The notes under the pieces: generated by a model | Databases searched by the model: none | What the model saw: only the letters and a program-made list of their open reading frames with translations | What the model was told of the DNA's origin: nothing | From: Candidatus Micrarchaeota archaeon | GTDB taxonomy: Archaea > Micrarchaeota > Micrarchaeia > Micrarchaeales > Micrarchaeaceae | Direction: 5' to 3' | Length of the DNA: 64,000 nt | NCBI GenBank assembly: GCA_021827605.1 | Contig: JAKAVF010000031.1 | Span: forward strand, 28,592-92,591 | Made by a program: the position numbers and the translations under genes | In this document: one piece after another, positions 17,436-26,585 of the stretch | Numbering within the stretch: position 1 is the first letter of the stretch | How the letters are laid out: each line of letters starts with the position of its first letter

Positions 17436-19313
17436 GTGTGTTCGATGTCGATGGATATGGATAAGGCAACTATGACTATTTTCGCGGTTCTAGCCCTGCT
17501 CCTAATCCCCTCGATTGCGAGCGCAGGAGGCATGATAGGAACCGCGTCTATACGGGCGCCAGCAGTGCTGGTAGGAAACAATACAGGGAGCCTCACAACA
17601 ATAACCCTGTCAGTGTTCAGCGGAGGCAACGGAACAGTCCGCATACTAGGTCCTTCAGACGTTGGGCTGTCTACAAACCAGTCTGCGCAGATAGCAGCGC
17701 GCTATGCGTCCGCTTACCTCAACAGGAACTTCTCAAGCTACAACTTCAACTACTCGATGCTCAACACGAGCGGGAGCGTGAACGGGCCGAGCGGCGGAGC
17801 TGCCATGACGATGCTTGCTATATCGGCGCTCTCCGGTAAGCCGCTGCCGCGAAACTTCACAATGACCGGCACCATATCCCCAAATGGGTCGATAGGGCCT
17901 GTAGGTGGAGTGTATGACAAGACCGCAGCTGCGAAGGCAGCCGGGCTCTCCTTCATACTTGTGCCGGCAGTCCCAAGCGACAGCATATACGATGAGCTCT
18001 ATTTCCTTGCGCAGGATCTTTTCAAGATTCCGATAGTGCAGGTCACGAATATCAGCGATGCGTATCAGTTTACGTTTGGTCTTAGCAGTCCCTCCATGCA
18101 CGAGACAAACTTCACATTCGCCGCGCCGCTCAACCTTAGCGCCGTACCAAATGCAGAATTCAAGTGCAGCAACAACTGCAACACAGCCCCATTCGAGGCC
18201 CTGATCAATGCAACAATAGCAATGTCAGGGAGCGAGATAAGCCGGATAAGGCAGCCAACCTTCTCCAATGCAGAAAAGCCGCTGAGCGCATCGGTGTCAC
18301 AGCTTCCCGCGCTGGTGCAGAAGGGCTACCTCTACCCCGCGGGTGATATAGCATTCCTCGACTACCTGCACGCGTTCTATTTCAACAACTATGTCACATC
18401 AACTTCCCAGGGGCTTGCAAAGCTGCAGAACATAAGCGGCTTCTGCGGCTCCATAAACATACCGAATCTGACGAGCAGCAACTACGAATACGTGCTGACC
18501 GGGGAGATAAGGCAGCAGTGGGCGGATTACACGCTCAATGCAACGATCAGCGGATACAACTCTACGGTAGAGACGAGCGATGACGTACTGTATGCGATGA
18601 GGCTTGCAGCGAGCGCATACGCATGGTGCAAGGCCTCGGAGATGCTCTACAACGCATCTGCCGGAAGCGGCTACGCAGTCGTCCCGTCACCACGCCTCTC
18701 GTCTATCGCCGATGCAAGACTCGCAAGGGCAGCAGCTTACGGAAACAACATGTATTATACGGCAGCACAGGAGGCTATGTCGGTTGACAACTATCCGCTT
18801 GCCATACTGCAGGCGGATTATGCCTATGCGATATCCAATGCTTCTGATACCAACATGACGACGGCTCAGCTGCTGAACGTTTCCGCAAGCATATCGCATA
18901 ATGCGACGTTCGGGCTGTGGGCGACGCAGTTCTCCAACGAGGAGGTGCTCTACGCCTCGCAGGCAATGGCTGCGGCTAACAGCTCCGCAGCGCTCGGTGA
19001 TGCGCAGAGCGCATACACCTCCGCTCTTCTGGCCAGGCAGTTCAACACCGACATGATGCTGATAGCGGGCAACCTGACGCCAGGCAGCGCTGTGCAGCAG
19101 ATAATGCCAAACTCCACCTCTAACACACCCTTGTCTGCGACTGACATGGAAACAGCCGTAATAGGGCTCGGAATCGCGATAATCCTGTTCTCGATAATCC
19201 TCTATCTCCTGATAAAGATAGTTTCGCGGCCCGAGGCAAAGCCAAAAGCCACTGCACGAAAGGCGGTACTGCAGCCCAAAAAAGCAGGTGCGCGAAAAAG
19301 AGGGAAGAGATAG
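17436..19313 (+). CDS. Secreted/membrane-anchored Lon-like S16 serine peptidase domain protein (no AAA+ module)
   Basis: Signal/TM, then NGPSGGAAMTMLAISALSG (Lon catalytic Ser context) and GGVYDKTAAAKAAG (catalytic Lys context). A C-terminal region of about 400 aa is rich in NxS/T sequons, followed by a C-terminal TM and K/R tail. Confidence 0.7.
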   Translation: MCSMSMDMDKATMTIFAVLALLLIPSIASAGGMIGTASIRAPAVLVGNNTGSLTTITLSVFSGGNGTVRILGPSDVGLSTNQSAQIAARYASAYLNRNFSSYNFNYSMLNTSGSVNGPSGGAAMTMLAISALSGKPLPRNFTMTGTISPNGSIGPVGGVYDKTAAAKAAGLSFILVPAVPSDSIYDELYFLAQDLFKIPIVQVTNISDAYQFTFGLSSPSMHETNFTFAAPLNLSAVPNAEFKCSNNCNTAPFEALINATIAMSGSEISRIRQPTFSNAEKPLSASVSQLPALVQKGYLYPAGDIAFLDYLHAFYFNNYVTSTSQGLAKLQNISGFCGSINIPNLTSSNYEYVLTGEIRQQWADYTLNATISGYNSTVETSDDVLYAMRLAASAYAWCKASEMLYNASAGSGYAVVPSPRLSSIADARLARAAAYGNNMYYTAAQEAMSVDNYPLAILQADYAYAISNASDTNMTTAQLLNVSASISHNATFGLWATQFSNEEVLYASQAMAAANSSAALGDAQSAYTSALLARQFNTDMMLIAGNLTPGSAVQQIMPNSTSNTPLSATDMETAVIGLGIAIILFSIILYLLIKIVSRPEAKPKATARKAVLQPKKAGARKRGKR

Positions 19314-19366
19314 ATAGCATTAAATTCCTATACGATATAATAGAAATCTCAATCTAAGGTTATAAT

Positions 19367-19537
19367 ATGACAGAGGTAATGCCTGGAAAAGTCTGCATTT
19401 CGTGCGGGAGGCTCACGCATCAGTATACTGAGTTTGACTGCCCGAAATGCGGAAAGGGAAAGATAATAAGATGCCTCCACTGCAGGGAGATAACGAACGC
19501 CTACAGGTGCAAGGAGTGCGGTTTCGAGGGACCTTAA
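19367..19537 (+). CDS. Zn-ribbon protein (COG2888-like) preceding aEF-1beta
   Basis: Hand translation gives MTEVMPGKVCISCGRLTHQYTEFDCPKCGKGKIIRCLHCREITNAYRCKECGFEGP, 56 aa with four CxxC pairs. The TAA stop abuts the aEF-1beta ATG. It is below the ORF-track size cutoff. Confidence 0.6.
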   Translation: MTEVMPGKVCISCGRLTHQYTEFDCPKCGKGKIIRCLHCREITNAYRCKECGFEGP

Positions 19538-19783
19538 ATGGGAATGGTAGCCGTTGTTTTCAAAATTTACCCAAAGGACGGGGAGTTCGAGAAGGCACAG
19601 GCAAGCCTAGCGAAGATGAAGCCTGCGGGGTCTCAGGTAGAGGACATAGGCTTCGGGATAAAAGTTCTCAAGGCACTTTTCAAGTTTGAGGACAAGGGCG
19701 GAGGGACGCAGAAACTTGAAGATGAGCTCAGGACGCTGGACGGTGTTGGTGAAGTAGAGGTCTACGAGGAAAGCCTCGTCTAA
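19538..19783 (+). CDS. ef1b: Elongation factor 1-beta (aEF-1beta)
   Basis: MGMVAVVFKIYPKD...IGFGIKVLKALFKFEDKGG..LDGVGEVEV, 81 aa. This is the typical aEF-1beta fold sequence with the usual Zn-ribbon neighbour. Confidence 0.75.
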   Translation: MGMVAVVFKIYPKDGEFEKAQASLAKMKPAGSQVEDIGFGIKVLKALFKFEDKGGGTQKLEDELRTLDGVGEVEVYEESLV

Positions 19784-19856
19784 TTCTTAATAATCGGCTC
19801 AATCACATAATCTTTATATAATAAAAGAGCAGTAATATTTAATCAGCTCTGATTTT

Positions 19857-22157
19857 ATGATTGACGCAATAGAGATTACCAACTGGAAAACTCACAAGAA
19901 GACTAAGCTCGAGTTCCAGAAAGGGGTCAACGTGCTCATCGGCGTGATGGGAGCGGGAAAAAGCTCCGCCATGGACGCGATATGCTTCGGCCTTTTCGGC
20001 ACCTTCCCGGCCCTGCTCAGCAAACGAGTCTCGCTCGAAGAGCTCATCATGAGCAGGCCTTCGCAGGAGACGGAGGCAGAGGTAAAGCTCTCCTTCTCAG
20101 TAGGAGATGACCAGTATGCGGTTACAAGGACGATAGGGAAAAAGGGCAACAGCGCGAAGCTGGAGCGGAACGGCGAGTACATTCAGTCGCAGCCCACCAA
20201 AGTCACCGAAGAGATAGAGAGTATACTGAAGATAGACTATGATACGTTTTCCAGAGTGATTTACTCAGAGCAGAACCAGCTCGATTACTTCCTGGGGCTG
20301 GCAAAGGGTCCCAGAAAGAAGGAGCTGGATCACATGCTGGGCCTCGATACATTTGCGCTCGCAGAAGAGAACGCCACCTCCCTGATAAACAGGGTCAAGG
20401 ACATAATCAAAGTGGAAGAAGAGTCCCTTGCAAGAGTAGACGAGAAAGAGCTGAAAGCTGAGCTAGAGACGATAAAAGTCAAAAGGGAAGGGCTGCAAAA
20501 GGAGCAGGAGCATCTCCACTCGGAAGAGAAAAGCGCAAGGGAGGTTTTGGAGAAAATGAAAGTACATCTGGAATCGATTAGGAAGGACCTCGAGAGGAAG
20601 AGGAAGATTTCAGAAGAGATTGGGCTGCTGATGGGAAAGAGCACCACTATCGCAAGAGAAGTAAAGAAACTCGATGAGATGAAGATTGATGCAAAGGCCA
20701 TCGCAGCAAGGAAGGCGGAACTTGAGAGCAGGGAATCGGAGCTGAAAACGAAGATAGAGGAAAAAAGAAAAACAGTAACTCTACTTACGAGAAGGGTTGC
20801 GACTCTCGAGGAAAGCGTAAAATCAAGCAAGGAGAAGCAGGCGAAGCGCGATAAGATAATCGCAGAGACAAAGGGACATAACCTCAAATCGATAAAGGAA
20901 AAAGTGGAGGCGGAGAACCGCGCGTGGAAAGCGCTTACCGACGAGGCGGCAGCAAAGCAGAGCAGAGCTGAAGAGATCAACGAGTGGCTGAAGGAACTCA
21001 ACAAGCACATAAGCAAGTGCCCGCTCTGTGAAAGGACGCTTGATGATGACCTGAGGATGAAGCTCATCACCGAAAAGAGCTCGTTATCCGAATCTCTGCT
21101 TAAGGAGATAAGAGAGGCTGTGAAGAACTCTGAAGAAAAGTACAGGCATATAAAACAGCTTAACGAGCTGCAGGACAAGATTACCGCTGCTGAAGGGAAG
21201 CTGCAGGATTACAAGGATGTAGACAAGCTCCTGGAAAAGGAGAAGGCAGAATATGACAAGGCGATGGAAGAGCTAGGAAGCGAGAACATTGAGCTGGAAA
21301 AACTATCGAAGGAGTACGATGCGCTCCGGGAGCCGCTCAGCAGGATAAGGGCTGACCTGCAGTCTGTTGAAAAGAAGAAAGAGTTCGAATCAGAGCTAAT
21401 GAAAGCAAAGGAGGTCCTGGAAAAAAAGAGCGATGAACTGAGGTCGATATCAGCCGATGACAATATGCTCTACTCCACACAGGAGAAGATGACGAAGCAG
21501 AGCGCAGCGCATTCCGATCTATCCGCAAGGCTCAAGAGCAATCTGCAGATGCTGGCGCAGATGGAATCCCAGGAAAAGGACAAGGAGAAGCAGGTCAAGA
21601 GCATAGATATCGCGGCGAAGAAGATAGCCGCGCGCCAGAAGCAGGTGCAGAACCTCAACAAGTTCAAGGGAGCGCTCGTCGAGACCGGCGCCATGCTAAG
21701 GAACAAGCTCGTAACATCGATAAACAACCTCATGCAGGGGCTGTGGCCGCAGCTCTACCCATATGGAGATTACGCGTCAATAAGGCTCGATGCAAAGAGG
21801 GACGACTACCTTCTCGAGGTAAACGCGGGCAGGAACGGAACGGACGATTGGATACAGGTTGATGGCATAGCGAGCGGAGGAGAGAGGAGCATAGGATGCC
21901 TCGCAATGAGGATCGCGCTCGCGATGGTGACAGTGCCGAACCTCCGCTGGTTGATTCTCGACGAGCCGACACATAACATAGACAGCGCAGGGATATCAAA
22001 GATGATAGAGATTCTAGGCGAGGAGCTGCCGAGCATAGTCGATCAGATATTCATAATAACGCACGAGGACGCTCTCAAGCAGATATCTCTTGCAAAGGTG
22101 TACACGCTCGAAAGGGATAAAGCAGCGAATGCGCCTACCTCAATAGCGCAATCATGA
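19857..22157 (+). CDS. rad50: DNA double-strand break repair ATPase Rad50
   Basis: Walker A GVMGAGKSS, a long K/E-rich coiled coil, the central zinc hook KCPLCERTL, Walker B LILDEPTHNID and H-loop IITHED. Confidence 0.85.
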   Translation: MIDAIEITNWKTHKKTKLEFQKGVNVLIGVMGAGKSSAMDAICFGLFGTFPALLSKRVSLEELIMSRPSQETEAEVKLSFSVGDDQYAVTRTIGKKGNSAKLERNGEYIQSQPTKVTEEIESILKIDYDTFSRVIYSEQNQLDYFLGLAKGPRKKELDHMLGLDTFALAEENATSLINRVKDIIKVEEESLARVDEKELKAELETIKVKREGLQKEQEHLHSEEKSAREVLEKMKVHLESIRKDLERKRKISEEIGLLMGKSTTIAREVKKLDEMKIDAKAIAARKAELESRESELKTKIEEKRKTVTLLTRRVATLEESVKSSKEKQAKRDKIIAETKGHNLKSIKEKVEAENRAWKALTDEAAAKQSRAEEINEWLKELNKHISKCPLCERTLDDDLRMKLITEKSSLSESLLKEIREAVKNSEEKYRHIKQLNELQDKITAAEGKLQDYKDVDKLLEKEKAEYDKAMEELGSENIELEKLSKEYDALREPLSRIRADLQSVEKKKEFESELMKAKEVLEKKSDELRSISADDNMLYSTQEKMTKQSAAHSDLSARLKSNLQMLAQMESQEKDKEKQVKSIDIAAKKIAARQKQVQNLNKFKGALVETGAMLRNKLVTSINNLMQGLWPQLYPYGDYASIRLDAKRDDYLLEVNAGRNGTDDWIQVDGIASGGERSIGCLAMRIALAMVTVPNLRWLILDEPTHNIDSAGISKMIEILGEELPSIVDQIFIITHEDALKQISLAKVYTLERDKAANAPTSIAQS

Positions 22158-22170
22158 TATAGTCAGTTAG

Positions 22171-23211
22171 TCAGATTTCTCCAAGGCCGAAGTCAGCGCT
22201 TTCCTTCTTCTCCGATGCACCGGTTATCGAAGCGCTGGTTATTCCGGTAAATATTGCGATGACGGACAACTTTCCTGTCATGTTCGGATCTATCCTTGCT
22301 CCCCAGATTACATTTGCATTCGGTGCTGTAAGGTCGGTTATCTTCCTCCCTATCTCATTAGCTTCGCCCAAGGTAAGGTCGTCCCCACCGGTTATGTGAA
22401 GGAGAACGCTGTTCGCCCCTTCATAGTCCACATCAAGAAGCTTGTTCTTGAAAGTGTCCCTAACCACGTCCTCAACCTTGTTCTGGCCACTCGCCTCGCC
22501 GACGCTTATGAATGCAAGCCCACCTCCCTGCATTATTGATCTTATATCAGCATAATCAGTGTTGATAAGGCTCGGTGTGTTGATTGTTTCCGTTATCCCG
22601 CGCACAGCCCTCGAAGTCACTTCGTCCGCCACCTTGAATGCCTGGTCCATCGCCAAGTTCGGGTAGAGCTCGAAAAGCCTCTGGTTGTCAATCACGATGA
22701 GGGTGTCGACGTGTTGCCTCAGCTCCTCGATTCCCTTCTGCGCGGTCTGCAGCCTCACCCTCTCCAGCTTGAACGGGAACGTGACTATCCCTATCACTAT
22801 TGCTCCAGCCTTCTTCGCTATCTCCGCTACTATCGGCGCAGAGCCTGTCCCTGTCCCTCCTCCCATCCCCGCCGTGAGGAAGACGAGATTCGAGTCCCTA
22901 AGCGCATCCTCAAGCTCGCTCCTTGAATACTGCGCAGCCTTCGCGCCTATCTCAGGGAAGCCGCCGGCTCCTTGCCCGTTTGTAAGCGCCCTTCCTATGA
23001 GTATCCTGTTTATAGACGGGTCAAGGGTCCTGATGTGCGTGGCATCCGTGTTGACCGCGATTAGTCTTGCCCCTCTTATCCCCATCCTAGAAAGCCGCTG
23101 GATTGTGTTGCATCCACCGCCGCCGCAGCCCACAACGCTGATCCTGACCTGGAACATTTCGCTTTCAGGCGTTGACTGGCTCAACGCGCTATCAACCAAA
23201 TCCACTGGCAC
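22171..23211 (-). CDS. ftsZ: Cell division GTPase FtsZ
   Basis: VVGCGGGGCNT, tubulin signature GMGGGTGTGSAPIVAEIAK and NTDATHL-like NTDATHI. Confidence 0.9.
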   Translation of the reverse strand: MPVDLVDSALSQSTPESEMFQVRISVVGCGGGGCNTIQRLSRMGIRGARLIAVNTDATHIRTLDPSINRILIGRALTNGQGAGGFPEIGAKAAQYSRSELEDALRDSNLVFLTAGMGGGTGTGSAPIVAEIAKKAGAIVIGIVTFPFKLERVRLQTAQKGIEELRQHVDTLIVIDNQRLFELYPNLAMDQAFKVADEVTSRAVRGITETINTPSLINTDYADIRSIMQGGGLAFISVGEASGQNKVEDVVRDTFKNKLLDVDYEGANSVLLHITGGDDLTLGEANEIGRKITDLTAPNANVIWGARIDPNMTGKLSVIAIFTGITSASITGASEKKESADFGLGEI

Positions 23212-23245
23212 ACCCTAATATATTGGTATATTGCTTATCAGGGAT

Positions 23246-23872
23246 TTAAATGCCTTTTCGTTTGCGCGAGAAGTAAAGCCAGTGCAGCAGCGCGTCCCTC
23301 GATGCCATATCGCTCAGCTCTCCTTTCTCAATCAGCTTCTCGACTTGGCTTATTTTTGTAGGAGCTAGCTCTATTACCTCATCCGCATCCATGTGGGATT
23401 TAGATTTTGTCAGGTTCTCCGCGACAAAAACGCTGTCTACTGCATCTATCATGTACGGTGCGAGCAGTCTCCTGCAGAGGAACCTCACCTTTTCAGCCTT
23501 GTAGCCGGTTTCCTCCTCAAGCTCCCTAGCCGCAGCTGCCGCTATGCTCTCGCCTTTGTTGACCTTGCCTCCTGGAACCTCAAGGAGCCAGCCCTCCTTT
23601 GCACCAACCGCGCTTTCCCTTACCGCAGGCCTGTACTGCCTTACCAGAATCACTTTGTCCCCTACGACAGGGATCACGCTGACAGACTCACCTCCCGCCC
23701 TCCTGAAGATCTTCGTTATCTTCTTGCCATCCACATTGTCAACAGCCTTGATCAGCACTGCTCTTCCATCGTTGTATGTGAAGAACACTTCCTCAGAAAG
23801 CCTCTTGCTTGTGTGCTTTATTTGCATAATGATCAGAACTATTTTAGAAGGAGGCGCTAAATACTTTAGCAC
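23246..23872 (-). CDS. NUDIX hydrolase
   Basis: Nudix box GGKVNKGESIAAAAARELEEETGY. The start is probably the internal Met at 23827 (MQIKHT), which leaves room for the divergent promoter. Confidence 0.7.
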   Translation of the reverse strand: MLKYLAPPSKIVLIIMQIKHTSKRLSEEVFFTYNDGRAVLIKAVDNVDGKKITKIFRRAGGESVSVIPVVGDKVILVRQYRPAVRESAVGAKEGWLLEVPGGKVNKGESIAAAAARELEEETGYKAEKVRFLCRRLLAPYMIDAVDSVFVAENLTKSKSHMDADEVIELAPTKISQVEKLIEKGELSDMASRDALLHWLYFSRKRKGI

Positions 23873-23884
23873 CCCCTTAACAGC

Positions 23885-24436
23885 ATGGCGATGATAAAAA
23901 TACTCGGGATAGGCGGAAGCCTGAGGAAGGGCTCTTACAGCAAGGCTGTGCTAGAAGCTGCGATGGAACTCCTTCCGAAAAACGTCTCTATGGAGATGGC
24001 GGACATCTCGCAGATACCAATATTCAATCAGGACGAGGAAGCTGAATCCCCTCCCTCTGTCAAGAGGTTAAAGAAGCAGATAAGGGATGCAGACGCGATA
24101 CTGTTCTGCACGCCGGAGTATAACTTCGGAATCCCAGGTTATCTGAAGAACGCCATAGACTGGGCATCTCGTCCATACGGGGACAACTCATTCGATGACA
24201 AGCCAGCTGCGGTGATGAGCGCGTCAGACGGCATGCTCGGAGGGATAAAGGCTCAGCTGCAGCTCAGGCAGAGCTTTGTGTTCCTGAATATCCATGCGGT
24301 AAACGATTCGGTAACCGTCAGCCAGGTAACGCAGAAGCTTGGACCGGAAGGGAAGCTGGCAGACCAGCGCACAAGGGAACGGATAAGGGAGCTTGTCGAG
24401 GAGCTTGTGGCCTGGACCATCAGAATAAAGGAATAA
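23885..24436 (+). CDS. NADPH-dependent FMN reductase family protein
   Basis: ILGIGGSLRKGSYS and FCTPEYNFGIPGYLKNAIDWASRP are typical of the FMN_red family. Confidence 0.75.
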   Translation: MAMIKILGIGGSLRKGSYSKAVLEAAMELLPKNVSMEMADISQIPIFNQDEEAESPPSVKRLKKQIRDADAILFCTPEYNFGIPGYLKNAIDWASRPYGDNSFDDKPAAVMSASDGMLGGIKAQLQLRQSFVFLNIHAVNDSVTVSQVTQKLGPEGKLADQRTRERIRELVEELVAWTIRIKE

Positions 24437-24508
24437 TCCATACTTTTATATACCCTATTGTGCAATATAATTTTGCAGTTTCTTATTTTATAAGATTCAG
24501 TGTTTCCT

Positions 24509-25030
24509 ATGGCAAGATTGAGACCTGGAAGGACATGCAGGACGCCTAATTCACAGGCATGGGCTAGGTTTTCCATTCGAAAGCCGAGGAAGAACTTCAT
24601 ACGGGCGCTCCCGCACACCAGCATACAGGTGTTTAACTCCGGCGTTGACAAGACAGAGTATGAGCTAAAGGCTTACCTGGCGCCTGAGCAGCCCATTCAG
24701 CTCAGGTCTAATGCACTGGAGGCTGCAAGGCTTGTCGCGCTGCGCCAGCTAACGGAGTCCATACCCGAATCCTTCTATCTAAAGCTTCTCGTATATCCCC
24801 ACAACGTGATAAGGGAGCACAAGATGGCATCAGGTGCAGGAGCAGACCGAGTATCGAGAGGAATGTCCCAGGCTTGGGGCAGGCCGGTATCCGTAGCTGC
24901 CAGGATAAGGAAGACCCAGCCAGTCCTACTTATCAAAACAGCAAAGGCCAACAGGAACATTGCGGTTGATGCGCTGAAGAGGGCTGCAAAGAAGCTTTCA
25001 GGAAAGTACAGAGTAATAGTCGCAGCCTGA
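24509..25030 (+). CDS. rpl10e: 50S ribosomal protein L10e (uL16)
   Basis: MARLRPGRTCR...RKPRKNF...MASGAGADRVSRGMSQAWGRP. The ORF track starts at a GTG at 24500, but the ATG at 24509 gives the canonical N-terminus. Confidence 0.85.
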   Translation: MARLRPGRTCRTPNSQAWARFSIRKPRKNFIRALPHTSIQVFNSGVDKTEYELKAYLAPEQPIQLRSNALEAARLVALRQLTESIPESFYLKLLVYPHNVIREHKMASGAGADRVSRGMSQAWGRPVSVAARIRKTQPVLLIKTAKANRNIAVDALKRAAKKLSGKYRVIVAA

Positions 25031-25063
25031 GCCTGTCCTACTTAATCTAATTCCTGTGTAAAC

Positions 25064-25999
25064 ATGAGAATTCTTCTCCAATTCCCAGAAGGGCTTAAGC
25101 AAAAGGCGCTGGAATACGCGAAGGGCCTTGAGAGCGAGGGAAATGACGTATTCATCTCTGCCTCTCCAACATTCGGCGCGTGCGACCTAGCTCTTGACGA
25201 GATGAGAAATATAAGTGCCGATAAGCTGATCCACTTCGGGCATGCGGAGTTCCACCACGTCAATGCAAATGTTGAATATGTCCCGTATTTCGTAGATGCG
25301 CCGCTTACGCTCCTTCCAGACTCTCTCGGTCATCTCAGAGATTTCAAAACCATATCTGTATTGACGACGATACAGCATATCCATCAGCTTGATAAAGTAA
25401 GGAAATTCTACGAGGAAAATGGCAAAAAGGTCGTGATTGGGAAGCCTTACGGTTTCGCGAAGCACAGCGGTCAGATACTCGGCTGCGACATAGGAAGCGC
25501 AGCAAGCGTAGACAACGATGTTGATGCGCACGTCTATTTTGGCGGTGGAATGTTCCATCCGCTCGGCGCGCTCCTCAACACGAAGAAGCCATTTCTTGTT
25601 GTAGAGCCTTTCGCAAACAAGATAGAGAGGATAGACTCATTTAGAGAAACATACAGGAAGAGGAGCAATGGGAAGAAGATGCGCGCTCTGAACTCAAAGA
25701 ACTTCGGAATCCTTGTGAGCACGAAGAACGGGCAGCACAATATGAACCTCGCCAGGATAATCAAGCAAAAAGTGGAGCAGCAGGGCCTAAGCGCGAAGAT
25801 ACTCGTTGCCAACACATTCGACTTCATGTCCCTAAATAACATGATGGAGTTCGACGCATTCGTAAACACCGCCTGCCCGCGCATATCAATAGATGACACA
25901 GAGCGGACACGCGCCCCGCTCCTCAGTGCGAACGAGCTTATGGAGGTCCTTGCCATGAAGAGGGAACTGAAAGCCGCAAACGTCAAGCCTGAGTTCTGA
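25064..25999 (+). CDS. dph2: Diphthamide biosynthesis protein Dph2 (2-(3-amino-3-carboxypropyl)histidine synthase)
   Basis: LQFPEGLK, SPTFGACD, HFGHA and NTACPRI blocks typical of archaeal Dph2. 311 aa. Confidence 0.8.
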   Translation: MRILLQFPEGLKQKALEYAKGLESEGNDVFISASPTFGACDLALDEMRNISADKLIHFGHAEFHHVNANVEYVPYFVDAPLTLLPDSLGHLRDFKTISVLTTIQHIHQLDKVRKFYEENGKKVVIGKPYGFAKHSGQILGCDIGSAASVDNDVDAHVYFGGGMFHPLGALLNTKKPFLVVEPFANKIERIDSFRETYRKRSNGKKMRALNSKNFGILVSTKNGQHNMNLARIIKQKVEQQGLSAKILVANTFDFMSLNNMMEFDAFVNTACPRISIDDTERTRAPLLSANELMEVLAMKRELKAANVKPEF

Positions 26000-26001
26000 T
26001 C

Positions 26002-26568
26002 CTACTTTATTATCCTCAGCGAAAAGGCTGCTATCTTCAGCTGCTGCCAGCTGCACGGAACATCGTCACACCTCACAGACGAGAAGTTTGCGAGCAGGAC
26101 TCCGGTGTAGACAGAACCGTTAGGCTCGTTTGCGAGCGCGACTCCAGTCTGGTTGTAGCATCTAAGTCCGGTAATGGCAATCCCCTCCTCTGGTCCGAGG
26201 TCGAGCGCAGTACTGTAAACCCCCCCGTTCTGGAACGCCTGACCTGACGCCGATATCGTTTGCCACGCAGATGCCGGAACTGGCACTATCGCACCGTCGG
26301 TCCCGGAATAACTAGATACGCATGCGATTTGCAGGTTGTAGAGAGTGCTCACGCCTAACTGGCCTATGCTTGCGTTCAAGGTGTCATATACTCCGCTTGT
26401 TTCAAATGAGAAGTACCTTTGGTGGCAGACGAATGTTGGTTCAGCAGCGCATGATGGACCAAGGTAAACTGGTTCAGCTCCGAAAACGGAGAAGATCACA
26501 GCAACAGCTATTATCCCGATAATCACGACTGCAAATATGACTATCCACATTATGAGGTTCGACGCCAT
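26002..26568 (-). CDS. Membrane-anchored paralog of the pilin-like head domain (no QSAIEYL cleavage motif)
   Basis: N-terminal uncleaved-looking TM (IMWIVIFAVVIIGIIAVAVIF). The following domain aligns with the neighbour gene: C..x..FxC, SIGQLG, IACxS, LRCYNQTG. Confidence 0.5.
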   Translation of the reverse strand: MASNLIMWIVIFAVVIIGIIAVAVIFSVFGAEPVYLGPSCAAEPTFVCHQRYFSFETSGVYDTLNASIGQLGVSTLYNLQIACVSSYSGTDGAIVPVPASAWQTISASGQAFQNGGVYSTALDLGPEEGIAITGLRCYNQTGVALANEPNGSVYTGVLLANFSSVRCDDVPCSWQQLKIAAFSLRIIK

Positions 26569-26585
26569 CCATACACCAGTTGCGC

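Noticed and set aside
19447-19689. 80-aa ORF spanning the Zn-ribbon/aEF-1beta junction.
   Set aside because: It is out of frame with two well-supported conserved genes. The product is Arg/Gly-rich and low in complexity.
20330-21178. 282-aa Ser/Phe-rich ORF antisense to rad50. Similar long antisense ORFs occur at 4708-5499, 1137-1781, 13393-13878, 35628-36269, 46908-47543 and 61371-62141.
   Set aside because: These are shadow ORFs created by codon bias of the sense genes, for example GAA/AAG-rich coiled coils read as TTC/CTT. Every one lies inside a gene with strong motif support.
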